From: a virus
Length of the DNA stretch: 22,496 bases
Direction: 5' to 3' (one strand)
UHGV virus genome: UHGV-1752853
Program-made: the position numbers and the translations under genes
The notes under the pieces: model-generated
Database searches by the model: none
What the model saw: the letters and a program-made list of their open reading frames with translations, nothing else
What the model was told of the DNA's origin: nothing
Shown here: positions 1 to 7,087 of the stretch, piece after piece
How positions within the stretch are numbered: position 1 is the stretch's first letter
Layout: each line of letters opens with the position of its first letter

Positions 1-83
1 ATCGCGGATTCAGGTGCTGGTACTGAATTCACCGGGAGGCACCCGGCACCATGCATCTGGTGAAATAAATGTGCATACGTAAT

Positions 84-108
84 GCCCCTCTTCGGAGGGG
101 CTTTTTTT
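84..108 (+). terminator. Rho-independent terminator-like hairpin (GCCCCTC-TTCG-GAGGGGC followed by T7)
   Basis: Perfect 7-bp GC-rich stem with 4-nt loop at 84-100 followed by TTTTTTT at 102-108; seen directly in sequence. Confidence 0.55.
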
Positions 109-192
109 CGAAAAAAGCACGCAATGGGCGTGCATTAGCATGAGATATTGAGGCTTTAAATTTTTTCGTGCGGGTTTTAACCCGGTTTCATG

Positions 193-220
193 AGGCTGCG
201 CAACTGCGTGGCCTTTTTTG
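193..220 (+). terminator. Second terminator-like hairpin upstream of the esterase gene
   Basis: AGGCTGCGC-AACT-GCGTGGCCT stem (two G-U pairs) followed by TTTTTTGTTTTT. Confidence 0.35.
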
Positions 221-283
221 TTTTTCTGGCTGCTGAAAGTGGCAGTCACAGTCCTTCATATCACCCGTGACCGGGGAGGAACA

Positions 284-2215
284 ATGACGTTTAAACATTA
301 TGATGTGGTCAGGGCAGGTTCAGCATCAGGGCTTGCTGAGCAGCTGGCACAGAAGATAAAAGAAGGGTGGCAACCGTATGGCAGTCCTGTGGCTGTCACA
401 CCAAACATCCTGATGCAGGCTGTTGCTGCAGAGGGTGATGTGAGCACGCCTGTGGTTGTTCCCGGCACGGGAGCCGGCGTAGCATCGGGAGTGACATCCG
501 GGGAGCCGGATTATTACTACGTGGTGGTACTCGCCGGACAGTCGAACGGGATGGCGTATGGTGAGGGTATTCCTCTTCCGGAGACTTACGACCGTCCTGA
601 CCCGCGTATCAAGCAACTGGCCAGACGCAGTACGGTAACGCCGGGTGGTGAAGCCTGTTCTTATAATGATGTCATTCAGGCAGACCACTGCCTGCATGAT
701 GTGCAGGATATGAGCAGCTTTAACCATCCGAAAGCTGATCTGAGCAAAGGGCAGTACGGGACTGTCGGTCAGGGACTGCATATTGCCAAAAAACTGCTGC
801 CTTACATTCCGCAGAATGCCGGGATACTTCTGGTTCCCTGCTGTCGTGGTGGTTCGGCATTCACCACCGGGGCTGATGGCTCATTCAGTGAGGCCAGAGG
901 TGCTTCTGCTGACTCTGCATGCTGGGGAGCCGGTAAACCCCTGTATCAGGACCTGGTAAGCCGCACCAGAGCGGCACTGGCGAAGAACCCGAAAAATAAA
1001 CTTCTGGCTGTGGTATGGATGCAGGGAGAGACAGACCTTGCATCAGGAAGTCAGCAGCATAATGGTTTATTCACTGCCATGGTTCAGCAGTTCAGAACAG
1101 ACCTGTCTTCAGTTGCAGCGCAGTGCGTGAGTGGAAATGCTGGCACGGTGCCGTGGATTTGTGGTGACACGACATATTACTGGAAGGCAACGTACGGTAC
1201 GCAGTATGACGCCTTATACAGCGCGTATAAAACGCTGTCAGCACAGCATATCTTCTTTGTTCCGTTCCTGACGGATGAGAATGGACAGAACACGCCAACG
1301 AATGCTCCGACGGAAGACCAGGATATTGTGGCTGTCGGGTATTACGGTGCGGCATCCAGAACAAACGGGAATTTCGTTGCGGCACAGCGCGAAAGTCATT
1401 TCAGCGCATGGGCACGCAGGGGCATCATTTCTGACCGTCTGGCCTCCGCTATTCTGCTCCATGCAGGGCGCACGGCTGAACTGATGGGCGGGCAGGTCGT
1501 GACACCACCGGATGAGAAGCCGTCACCTGACACCCCGTCAGCGGACGGGAAATCAATGACAACGCTGCTTTCTTACCGGGCATCGGAGTCAGGCGGAGCA
1601 CTGAAGTCACAGGGATGGGCGGCTGCCGGTGGGAGTGCCATTATTGTTGATGATGCCGGTGCCAGTGAAGGTAAGGCACTGAAACTGACCAAACAGACCG
1701 GAAGGTCATGGGCTGTACAGCATGATGCCGGTAATGGTGCCGACCTGCTGGAAAAAGGTGGCCTTGTCAGCTGTCGTTTTAAACTTGATGGCGCGCTTAC
1801 GGCTAATCAGTACGCACTGGCGCTGTACTGGCCGGTTTCTTCGCTGCCTCAGGGCGTCACACTGGAAGGTAATGCCGGTCATAACCTGCTGGCATCGTTT
1901 TACGTTCAGAGCGATGCCACAGACCTTAACGTGATGTACCACAAGGGTAATCCGGACCAGAACACGAAGCTGGGTTCATTCGGTGCATTTAATAACGAGT
2001 GGCATACGCTGGCATTCCGTTTTGCCGGTAACAACAGTATTGAGGTAACGCCGGTGATTGATGGTCAGGACGGAACACCGTTCATGCTGTCGCAGTCTCC
2101 GGTAGGGACACTGGCGGCAGACAAGTTACGCCTGACCGATATCACCAGTAATGCAACGTATCCGGTACTGATTGACAGCATTATGGTTGAAGTGAATAAC
2201 CTGTCAGCAGGATAA
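284..2215 (+). CDS. nanS-p: Prophage-encoded sialate 9-O-acetylesterase, NanS-p-like (N-terminal DUF1737-like domain plus SGNH-type esterase domain)
   Basis: ORF track 218-2215; start moved to ATG 284, which has a GGAGGA RBS at 275-280. N-terminus MTFKHYDVVRAG...KEGWQPYG and the esterase motif VVLAGQSNGMAYGEG are recognised from memory of Stx/lambdoid prophage NanS-p proteins. Position just upstream of the lysis cassette fits. Confidence 0.7.
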   Translation: MTFKHYDVVRAGSASGLAEQLAQKIKEGWQPYGSPVAVTPNILMQAVAAEGDVSTPVVVPGTGAGVASGVTSGEPDYYYVVVLAGQSNGMAYGEGIPLPETYDRPDPRIKQLARRSTVTPGGEACSYNDVIQADHCLHDVQDMSSFNHPKADLSKGQYGTVGQGLHIAKKLLPYIPQNAGILLVPCCRGGSAFTTGADGSFSEARGASADSACWGAGKPLYQDLVSRTRAALAKNPKNKLLAVVWMQGETDLASGSQQHNGLFTAMVQQFRTDLSSVAAQCVSGNAGTVPWICGDTTYYWKATYGTQYDALYSAYKTLSAQHIFFVPFLTDENGQNTPTNAPTEDQDIVAVGYYGAASRTNGNFVAAQRESHFSAWARRGIISDRLASAILLHAGRTAELMGGQVVTPPDEKPSPDTPSADGKSMTTLLSYRASESGGALKSQGWAAAGGSAIIVDDAGASEGKALKLTKQTGRSWAVQHDAGNGADLLEKGGLVSCRFKLDGALTANQYALALYWPVSSLPQGVTLEGNAGHNLLASFYVQSDATDLNVMYHKGNPDQNTKLGSFGAFNNEWHTLAFRFAGNNSIEVTPVIDGQDGTPFMLSQSPVGTLAADKLRLTDITSNATYPVLIDSIMVEVNNLSAG

Positions 2216-2350
2216 AAAAATCCCGCCAGTCGTGAGCAGATATATGACTGGCGGGTAATTATTTCCGATTTACCAGAAAAGCATAATGTTATATTCACTA
2301 CAGAGAATGATAGCTTTCTCGGACGCTTTTCTACCGGTAACGGTTACCTG

Positions 2351-2960
2351 GGTCAACATGACGGATAAATAATGATGTTTTTTCCGCTGATATTTATATC
2401 TTTCTGTACGGCACGCCATTCTGAAGCAGGCGCAGTTCATGACAGTAGTACAGATATTCAGCTGGAGACAGGCATCACCCGGTCAGGTATGTATAACGCT
2501 GAGCTGGCATCTGATTGTTGATATATTGGGAGGTCATTATGCGGGTAAGGATAAAAAAATGCCGCCGGGAAGAAGGTCAGGAACCGACGGCAATAAGTCA
2601 ACTAACTTAGCTTAACATGCAGAAACATTTAAAACTGGTTAATGCTTGCAGGTCAACAGAACGGAGGAATAATGACGTTTTTTCATCTGATATTTATGTC
2701 TTTCTGTGCTCCACGCCATTCTGAAGCTGGCGTCTGATTGTTGATATGGTGGATGGTTGTTACGACGGCGTGAGGATAAAAAATGCCGCCGGGAAAAGTG
2801 TCCTGAACCGGCGGCAAAGGTCATGCGATGGATATTGCCAATAAGGCTTAATAGGCCCGGTAATTTCTAATCAGAATGAATGTAACGGTCAATAACGGAG
2901 AGGAATAATGACATTTTTACAGCTGATATTACTGTATTTCTGTACGGCGGTGTGTGCGTT
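2351..2960. repeat. Three tandem diverged copies of a short module (GGTCAAC..ACGGAGGAATA-ATG followed by an MTFF.LIF..SFC-type ORF start); copies 1 and 2 are also followed by a GC-rich hairpin
   Basis: Module starts near 2351, 2651 and 2888. Copy 1 ORF 2371-2424 (17 codons), copy 2 ORF 2672-2737 (21 codons), copy 3 is the intact 72-codon ORF 2908-3126. Hairpins TGCCGCCGG/CCGACGGCA at 2560-2592 and TGCCGCCGG/CCGGCGGCA at 2784-2816, each preceded by an A-run. Confidence 0.6.
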
Positions 2961-3126
2961 ATATCTGCTGAGTGGGGGTTATAAGGTCATTCGTAATTAT
3001 GTCCGTCGAAAAATTGATGATGCGGCGGTGGCGAAGGTGAGAGCCTCTGCTGCGCCCGTGGTATCGTCAACAAATGCGGCAGTCACCACAAACACCGCAA
3101 ATCAGATGGCTGATACCGGCGCATAA
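2908..3126 (+). CDS. Small protein with N-terminal hydrophobic segment (72 aa), function unknown; intact copy of the triplicated module
   Basis: ORF track 2908-3126; RBS GGAGAGGA at 2897-2904; predicted single N-terminal transmembrane helix (FLQLILLYFCTAVCALYLL). Confidence 0.45.
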   Translation: MTFLQLILLYFCTAVCALYLLSGGYKVIRNYVRRKIDDAAVAKVRASAAPVVSSTNAAVTTNTANQMADTGA

Positions 3127-3209
3127 GCGTACCGCATCATGCTGTACCAGATTAAGGAACATGGCCGCTCTGAGTGGCCTTTTTTATGGACCACCCGCAG
3201 GGGATGTGG

Positions 3210-3431
3210 ATGGTGAGAATGAACATATCAGTAGTGGCGTCGGGGGTTTCTTACACCACATCCTTGGTCAGTGGTGGTTACTGGCTTCTGCAGTTACTGG
3301 ATGCGGTGAGTCCGTCCCAGTGGGCGGGGATAGGTGTCCTGTCGAGTGTGCTTCTGGGAATACTGACGTACCTGACGAATCTGTACTTCAGGATTAAGGA
3401 CGACAGGCGTAAGGCTGCAGGAGGAGAGTAA
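3210..3431 (+). CDS. S: Class II pinholin, phage 21 S21-like, with dual-start motif (Met-Val-Arg-Met)
   Basis: C-terminal two thirds ([52 protein letters not shown]) closely matches my recollection of S21. Starts at 3210 and 3219 reproduce the S21 71/68 antiholin/holin arrangement. The track ORF begins at 3174 but I prefer 3210. Confidence 0.8.
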   Translation: MVRMNISVVASGVSYTTSLVSGGYWLLQLLDAVSPSQWAGIGVLSSVLLGILTYLTNLYFRIKDDRRKAAGGE

Positions 3432-3435
3432 TTCA

Positions 3436-3864
3436 ATGACTCAAAAACATGAACGGGTTGTTAAAGGAACCCGCAATTTTGATAAAAGAGATTTTACTGT
3501 TTCGACACCGGACAAAGACTGGGAATGTAACCGGCCATCCTTTGTTGTATCCGGTGATGGCGGGAAAATAATCATCTCAGAAAATGGCAAAGTAACGCCA
3601 CCATCACGCCGGCACAGCGAAGAACTTATCAGGTTTGCCATTGATTACCTGATGAATAATGAACAACAGGGTCTGATGAAGCGCATTGGTCGCTGCATGG
3701 GGTATCTGCAGGTTGCCGCAGAGATTGAAGCGCTGGCCAGTGGTGCAGACAGGGATGCAGTTGTGAGGGAGACTGTTCTTCGTGATTTTGATAACCCGCC
3801 CTTTAAAGACGTTCCTGCTTACTGGCTCCATCCGGGGCTGACTTATCTTAAAGGGCGTATATAA
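3436..3864 (+). CDS. Hypothetical protein (142 aa), unrecognised, inserted between holin and endolysin
   Basis: ORF track; ATG sits 5 nt after the holin stop, so likely co-translated with the late operon; AT-rich relative to flanking genes; no family recognised. Confidence 0.5.
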   Translation: MTQKHERVVKGTRNFDKRDFTVSTPDKDWECNRPSFVVSGDGGKIIISENGKVTPPSRRHSEELIRFAIDYLMNNEQQGLMKRIGRCMGYLQVAAEIEALASGADRDAVVRETVLRDFDNPPFKDVPAYWLHPGLTYLKGRI

Positions 3865-3873
3865 GCTGGCGCG

Positions 3874-4188
3874 TTATCTGTCGCCAGATAATCGACTGAA
3901 GATGCGTTCTTTTTGTAATCTGGCGTAATTATTGTCCCACTTGCAGGCAAGGTAACTTAATTCTTCATTCAACCAGTTATTTATATTGGTCTTAAGACGC
4001 AGAAGCATGGGCGGTGTTAATGCTCCGGACATAATACGGAGAGTGACAGATGTGAGATGTCCATACGGCTCAGCCTGAATGGCCTTTACTGCTTCGTGTT
4101 CTTGCGGGAGGAGTGAGAGGCACTCTGATTTTACCCGTTCATTTATGGCCTGCAGGCATAAATCATAATTATGTTGATCGTTATGCAT
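3874..4188 (-). CDS. Hypothetical protein (104 aa), unrecognised, convergent with the 142-aa ORF
   Basis: ORF track; strong SD (GAGGA, 6-nt spacer) upstream of ATG on the minus strand; AT-rich codons; hairpin GCTGGCG...CGCCAG at 3866-3887 between the convergent genes. Confidence 0.5.
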   Translation of the reverse strand: MHNDQHNYDLCLQAINERVKSECLSLLPQEHEAVKAIQAEPYGHLTSVTLRIMSGALTPPMLLRLKTNINNWLNEELSYLACKWDNNYARLQKERIFSRLSGDR

Positions 4189-4326
4189 GGTTAATCCTCT
4201 ACCGGAATTGTCAGATATATTTCAGCCATCAGGTACAACGCCAGTGTCCCACCACTGGCCACCACTGGCGGGCTGAAGACTTAACATATCCAGGGTTCAG
4301 AAACCTATAAATCCTGATAAATTTCC

Positions 4327-4860
4327 ATGAATACAAAAATCAGATACGGCCTGTCGGCTGCCGTTCTGGCACTGATTTCCGCAGGGGCTTCTGCGCCTGA
4401 AATCCTTGACCAGTTTCTGGATGAGAAAGAAGGCAACCACCTGACGGCATACCGTGACGGTACGGGTATCTGGACCATCTGCCGTGGCGCCACAATGGTG
4501 GACGGTAAGCCTGTCGTTCCTGGCATGAAGCTGACGAAGGAAAAATGCGACCGAGTGAACGCCATCGAACGGGATAAGGCGCTGGCGTGGGTGGAGAAAA
4601 ACATCAAAGTGCCACTGACTGAACCGCAGAAAGCGGGCATCGCGTCATTCTGTCCGTACAACATCGGGCCTTCGAAATGCTTCACCTCAACGTTTTACCG
4701 GAAACTGAACGCCGGAGACCGGAAAGGTGCATGTGCTGAAATCCGCCGATGGATATATGACGGCGGCAGGGACTGTCGGAACCGCTCAAATAACTGTTAC
4801 GGGCAGGTATCGCGGCGTGACCAGGAGAGCGCGCTGGCGTGCTGGAGTATCGACAGATAA
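4327..4860 (+). CDS. R: Endolysin, GH24 T4-lysozyme-like with N-terminal SAR/signal-like segment
   Basis: Catalytic-triad-like spacing E-x8-D-x5-T in EGNHLTAYRDGTGIWTICRGAT; weakly hydrophobic Gly/Ala/Ser-rich N-terminus (YGLSAAVLALISAGASA) typical of SAR endolysins paired with pinholins. Confidence 0.85.
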   Translation: MNTKIRYGLSAAVLALISAGASAPEILDQFLDEKEGNHLTAYRDGTGIWTICRGATMVDGKPVVPGMKLTKEKCDRVNAIERDKALAWVEKNIKVPLTEPQKAGIASFCPYNIGPSKCFTSTFYRKLNAGDRKGACAEIRRWIYDGGRDCRNRSNNCYGQVSRRDQESALACWSIDR

Positions 4861-4951
4861 GCAGAATGTTCTGCTGAAAAATGCCGTTGGCCAACGCGGA
4901 CGGATAACACGAAATCCTGCGAACTGGCAAAGCGTAAGTGAATAAAAGTAA

Positions 4952-4988
4952 AACCCCGATTGCGTCAACAGTCGGGGTTTTGTGTTTA
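4952..4988 (+). terminator. Terminator-like hairpin downstream of the endolysin
   Basis: AACCCCGA/TCGGGGTT 8-bp stem (4952-4959 and 4972-4979), 12-nt loop, followed by TTTGTGTTT. Confidence 0.4.
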
Positions 4989-5052
4989 TGGCAGTAGGTT
5001 ATGGGAGGCTGCCTTGATTGATTTTAGCAAACTGATTAGGGAGTTGCGACTC

Positions 5053-5148
5053 ATGACTGGTCAATTACCAAACTGGAAGTTTCTGCTGGTCTGGAGCATC
5101 CCGTTTTTATGGGTGGTATCCCAGTTAATTACCGCAATTAAGGGGTAA
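5053..5148 (+). CDS. Small hydrophobic peptide (31 aa), hypothetical
   Basis: ATG 5053 with AGGGAG upstream; sequence MTGQLPNWKFLLVWSIPFLWVVSQLITAIKG has one predicted TM helix; the track ORF 4960-5148 begins inside the terminator hairpin so the start was moved. Confidence 0.3.
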   Translation: MTGQLPNWKFLLVWSIPFLWVVSQLITAIKG

Positions 5149-5150
5149 AC

Positions 5151-5282
5151 ATGTCAGACAAACTCATAAAACTGGCGCAGGTCCTCTGTGTAATTGTCGG
5201 CATTTCATTGTCAGCAATGCTGGTTGCTCTTTTTCTTTCCACGGCCTGGCGAGTATTGACTTTATCCGGGCTGCTGGGGTGA
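5151..5282 (+). CDS. Small membrane protein (43 aa), hypothetical
   Basis: ATG 5151 with AAGGGG RBS 6 nt upstream; MSDKLIKLAQVLCVIVGISLSAMLVALFLSTAWRVLTLSGLLG; stop 5280-5282 directly precedes Rz; below the track length cutoff. Confidence 0.35.
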   Translation: MSDKLIKLAQVLCVIVGISLSAMLVALFLSTAWRVLTLSGLLG

Positions 5283-5289
5283 CGGTGAT

Positions 5290-5757
5290 ATGAACCGTGT
5301 TCTGTATGTGGTGCTTATTGCCCTGCTGCTTGGTTGTGGAGCGCTGTGGCTGGCAACAGACCATTACCGTGATAACGCCATGACCTACAAAGCGCAGCGC
5401 GATAACAAAGCCAGTGAACTGGAGAAAGCGAATGCAACCATTACTGATATGCAGCAGCGCCAGCGGGATGTTGCTGCACTCGATGCAAAATATACAAAGG
5501 AGTTAGCCGATGCGAGAGCTGAAAATGAAACTCTGCGCGCTGATGTTGCCGCTGGTCGCCGCAGCCTGCGGGTCAACGCCACCTGTGTGTCCACCACAGA
5601 TAAAACCACCGGCACCACCAGCATGGATAATGCAGCCCGCCCCCGACTGGCAGACACCGCTCAACGGAATTATTTCACCCTCAGAGAGCGACTGATGACG
5701 ATGCAGAAGCAACTGGAAGGGGCACAGCTCTACATCAATGAGCAATGCCTCAGATAA
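5290..5757 (+). CDS. Rz: Rz i-spanin (inner membrane spanin subunit)
   Basis: N-terminal TM followed by HYRDNAMTYKAQRD...DVAAGRR...RLADTAQRNYFTLRERL...YINEQC, recognised as lambda Rz-like. Confidence 0.85.
   Translation: MNRVLYVVLIALLLGCGALWLATDHYRDNAMTYKAQRDNKASELEKANATITDMQQRQRDVAALDAKYTKELADARAENETLRADVAAGRRSLRVNATCVSTTDKTTGTTSMDNAARPRLADTAQRNYFTLRERLMTMQKQLEGAQLYINEQCLR
5510..5695 (+). CDS. Rz1: Rz1 o-spanin (outer membrane lipoprotein), embedded in the +1 frame of Rz
   Basis: Lipobox LVAAAC followed by a proline-rich segment; the segment from PPAPPAWIMQPAPDWQTPLNGIISPSE onward resembles lambda Rz1; wholly embedded in Rz. Confidence 0.75.
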   Translation: MRELKMKLCALMLPLVAAACGSTPPVCPPQIKPPAPPAWIMQPAPDWQTPLNGIISPSESD

Positions 5758-6093
5758 AAACCGGTAAGGGATAATCCGCTTAAGATTTACCGGTGGCGAA
5801 GAGAGCCAAAGCATCAAATTACGCGATTACCTGTAGCAGTACAATATATTGTTTACGTTTTCTTATTAATTCCAGATGTATGTCTGTGCGCCGTGTCGTC
5901 GCCGTATTCCCGTATTAACAGAGACCGCAGCCCGACGGGGAGACTCTTCTGCGCGAGTGTGCGGGAATAATCAGAAACGATATACACCGGGTTTTACCGC
6001 GTGAACGGGACGCGGGTTTACCCCACATGGTCGTCCATCCGGTGCGATGGTGGAAGAAACCGGAACACTCAGTACTTGCATGGAAGGAATAAA

Positions 6094-6118
6094 AAAAGCC
6101 GCAGGTGGTATGCGGCAT
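6094..6118 (-). terminator. Minus-strand rho-independent terminator
   Basis: GCCGCA/TGCGGC 6-bp stem (6100-6118 on +) with a 7-nt loop; the A7 run at 6093-6099 becomes a U-run on the minus strand. Confidence 0.5.
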
Positions 6119-6121
6119 AAA

Positions 6122-6211
6122 ATGGCACGAATTGAAGAGTGGTTTATCTTAGCGTTTATATTTTTATCTTATATCTGTGCTGTTGTTCAATTCGTTATTT
6201 TTGTCGGCTGA
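6122..6211 (+). CDS. Candidate 29-aa hydrophobic peptide (possible type I toxin-like ORF)
   Basis: ATG 6122 to TGA 6209-6211; MARIEEWFILAFIFLSYICAVVQFVIFVG; no clear SD; start lies immediately 3' of the hairpin; speculative. Confidence 0.2.
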   Translation: MARIEEWFILAFIFLSYICAVVQFVIFVG

Positions 6212-6226
6212 TTCATCTGCTTATTT

Positions 6227-6275
6227 TTACGTGACTGCTGATTTTTCACGTAATGCATCAGATTAATTTAATCTG
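6227..6275. promoter_or_regulatory. Two adjacent dyad-symmetric elements (candidate operator sites or minus-strand promoter region)
   Basis: TTACGTGA-N11-TCACGTAA at 6227-6253 and perfect palindrome CAGATTAA-T-TTAATCTG at 6259-6275, in an AT-rich intergenic region. Confidence 0.3.
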
Positions 6276-6478
6276 CAGTTGTTATCATTTTTTCGGATAT
6301 TCCGTAATATTGAAGCATTTAATTATATTTATGTACATATTCAGGATGTGTGATTTTACATAACAGTGACAGTAGCTTCCGTTGCAATATGTGGCATGGT
6401 GGCAGATGTTATCACAAGTAATAATGACTCACGGTAAATTTTCATGCTAAATGTTAAATGATTATCTGTGAAATAATA

Positions 6479-6601
6479 ATGGATACCAGAGTTATTTTAG
6501 TCTTTTTTCCTGCTCTTTTATTTGTATCTACGGGGTCTTTCGATGAGATGGAACGTTACAAGGCTGCAAAGGAACATACGAATGGAGATGTGAGAAAATG
6601 A
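6479..6601 (+). CDS. Small ORF (40 aa) with hydrophobic N-terminus, stop overlapping the next start (ATGA)
   Basis: ATG 6479; MDTRVILVFFPALLFVSTGSFDEMERYKAAKEHTNGDVRK; TGA 6599-6601 overlaps ATG 6598 of the downstream ORF. Confidence 0.3.
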   Translation: MDTRVILVFFPALLFVSTGSFDEMERYKAAKEHTNGDVRK

Positions 6602-6846
6602 AATTCCAGCTGGCAAGAATTTATAAAGGTGATCTGTTTGCATGTTTTGGTATTGCAGTAAACGGTGAATTGCTGGAAGGACAATTGTCTTCCCGGATTA
6701 ATACTGAGGCGATAAACTTTCCTTCCGTTACGATCGAATTCCGACTGACCTGTGAAGAAATTGGAAACAGTATTGACATTAACGTGAACGAGATCCTGAC
6801 GAGTAAACACACGGATGAAAGATACCGGAGTTTGCCTCGTCAGTAG
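6598..6846 (+). CDS. Hypothetical acidic protein (82 aa), unrecognised
   Basis: ORF track; preferred over the overlapping minus-strand ORF 6556-6849, which has only a TTG start and no Met anywhere. Confidence 0.4.
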   Translation: MKFQLARIYKGDLFACFGIAVNGELLEGQLSSRINTEAINFPSVTIEFRLTCEEIGNSIDINVNEILTSKHTDERYRSLPRQ

Positions 6847-6858
6847 CAAACGGAGCGT

Positions 6859-7047
6859 TTATTTCATATTGGTTGATGAGAGCATTTTTCTGTCCGCACT
6901 CAGCCTCCGGCGACAGGCCTCAATGACCCATGCTGAAAAATTTCCCGACTCTTTTTTGTCAAGAGCGATATTGATCTGCTCAATCATATGATTCGGAAAA
7001 CGGATATTGCGGGTTGTGGTTCTGCGGGTCCGGTTTTTCGATGACAT
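6859..7047 (-). CDS. Ribbon-helix-helix (Arc/MetJ-like) DNA-binding protein (62 aa)
   Basis: AAGGA SD with 7-nt spacer before ATG on the minus strand; sequence RNIRFPNHMIEQINIALDKKESGNFSAWVIEACRRRL fits a beta-strand/helix/helix pattern resembling P22 Arc. Confidence 0.5.
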   Translation of the reverse strand: MSSKNRTRRTTTRNIRFPNHMIEQINIALDKKESGNFSAWVIEACRRRLSADRKMLSSTNMK

Positions 7048-7087
7048 TGTCTGTTCCTTTATTTCTGCATCCTGACGGAGATTTTAC

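Noticed and set aside
10-249. Minus-strand 79-aa ORF at the window start
   Set aside because: Overlaps two + strand terminator hairpins and has no recognisable RBS or protein features; likely spurious
218-283. N-terminal extension of the esterase ORF as given in the track (start 218)
   Set aside because: No RBS; begins inside a terminator T-run; ATG 284 has a GGAGGA RBS
1-283. Possible Shiga toxin or tRNA genes upstream of the esterase
   Set aside because: No stx-like coding sequence or tRNA cloverleaf could be recognised in the first 283 nt; only terminator hairpins. The upstream context lies outside the window.
2639-2824. Minus-strand 61-aa ORF across copy 2 of the repeat module
   Set aside because: Spans the GC hairpin, has highly basic low-complexity composition and no RBS
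3074-3397. 107-aa + strand ORF overlapping the holin in another frame
   Set aside because: The alternative frame gives the recognisable S21-like pinholin; this is a frame shadow
5915-6118. Minus-strand 67-aa ORF in the island
   Set aside because: Its start codon lies inside the minus-strand terminator hairpin; Cys/His/Arg-rich composition looks non-coding
6556-6849. Minus-strand 97-aa ORF immediately downstream of the RHH gene (would form an RHH-toxin-like operon)
   Set aside because: Only a TTG start, no methionine anywhere in the frame, odd Phe/Cys/Thr-rich composition; the + strand ORFs with ATGA coupling are more plausible. Not fully excluded.
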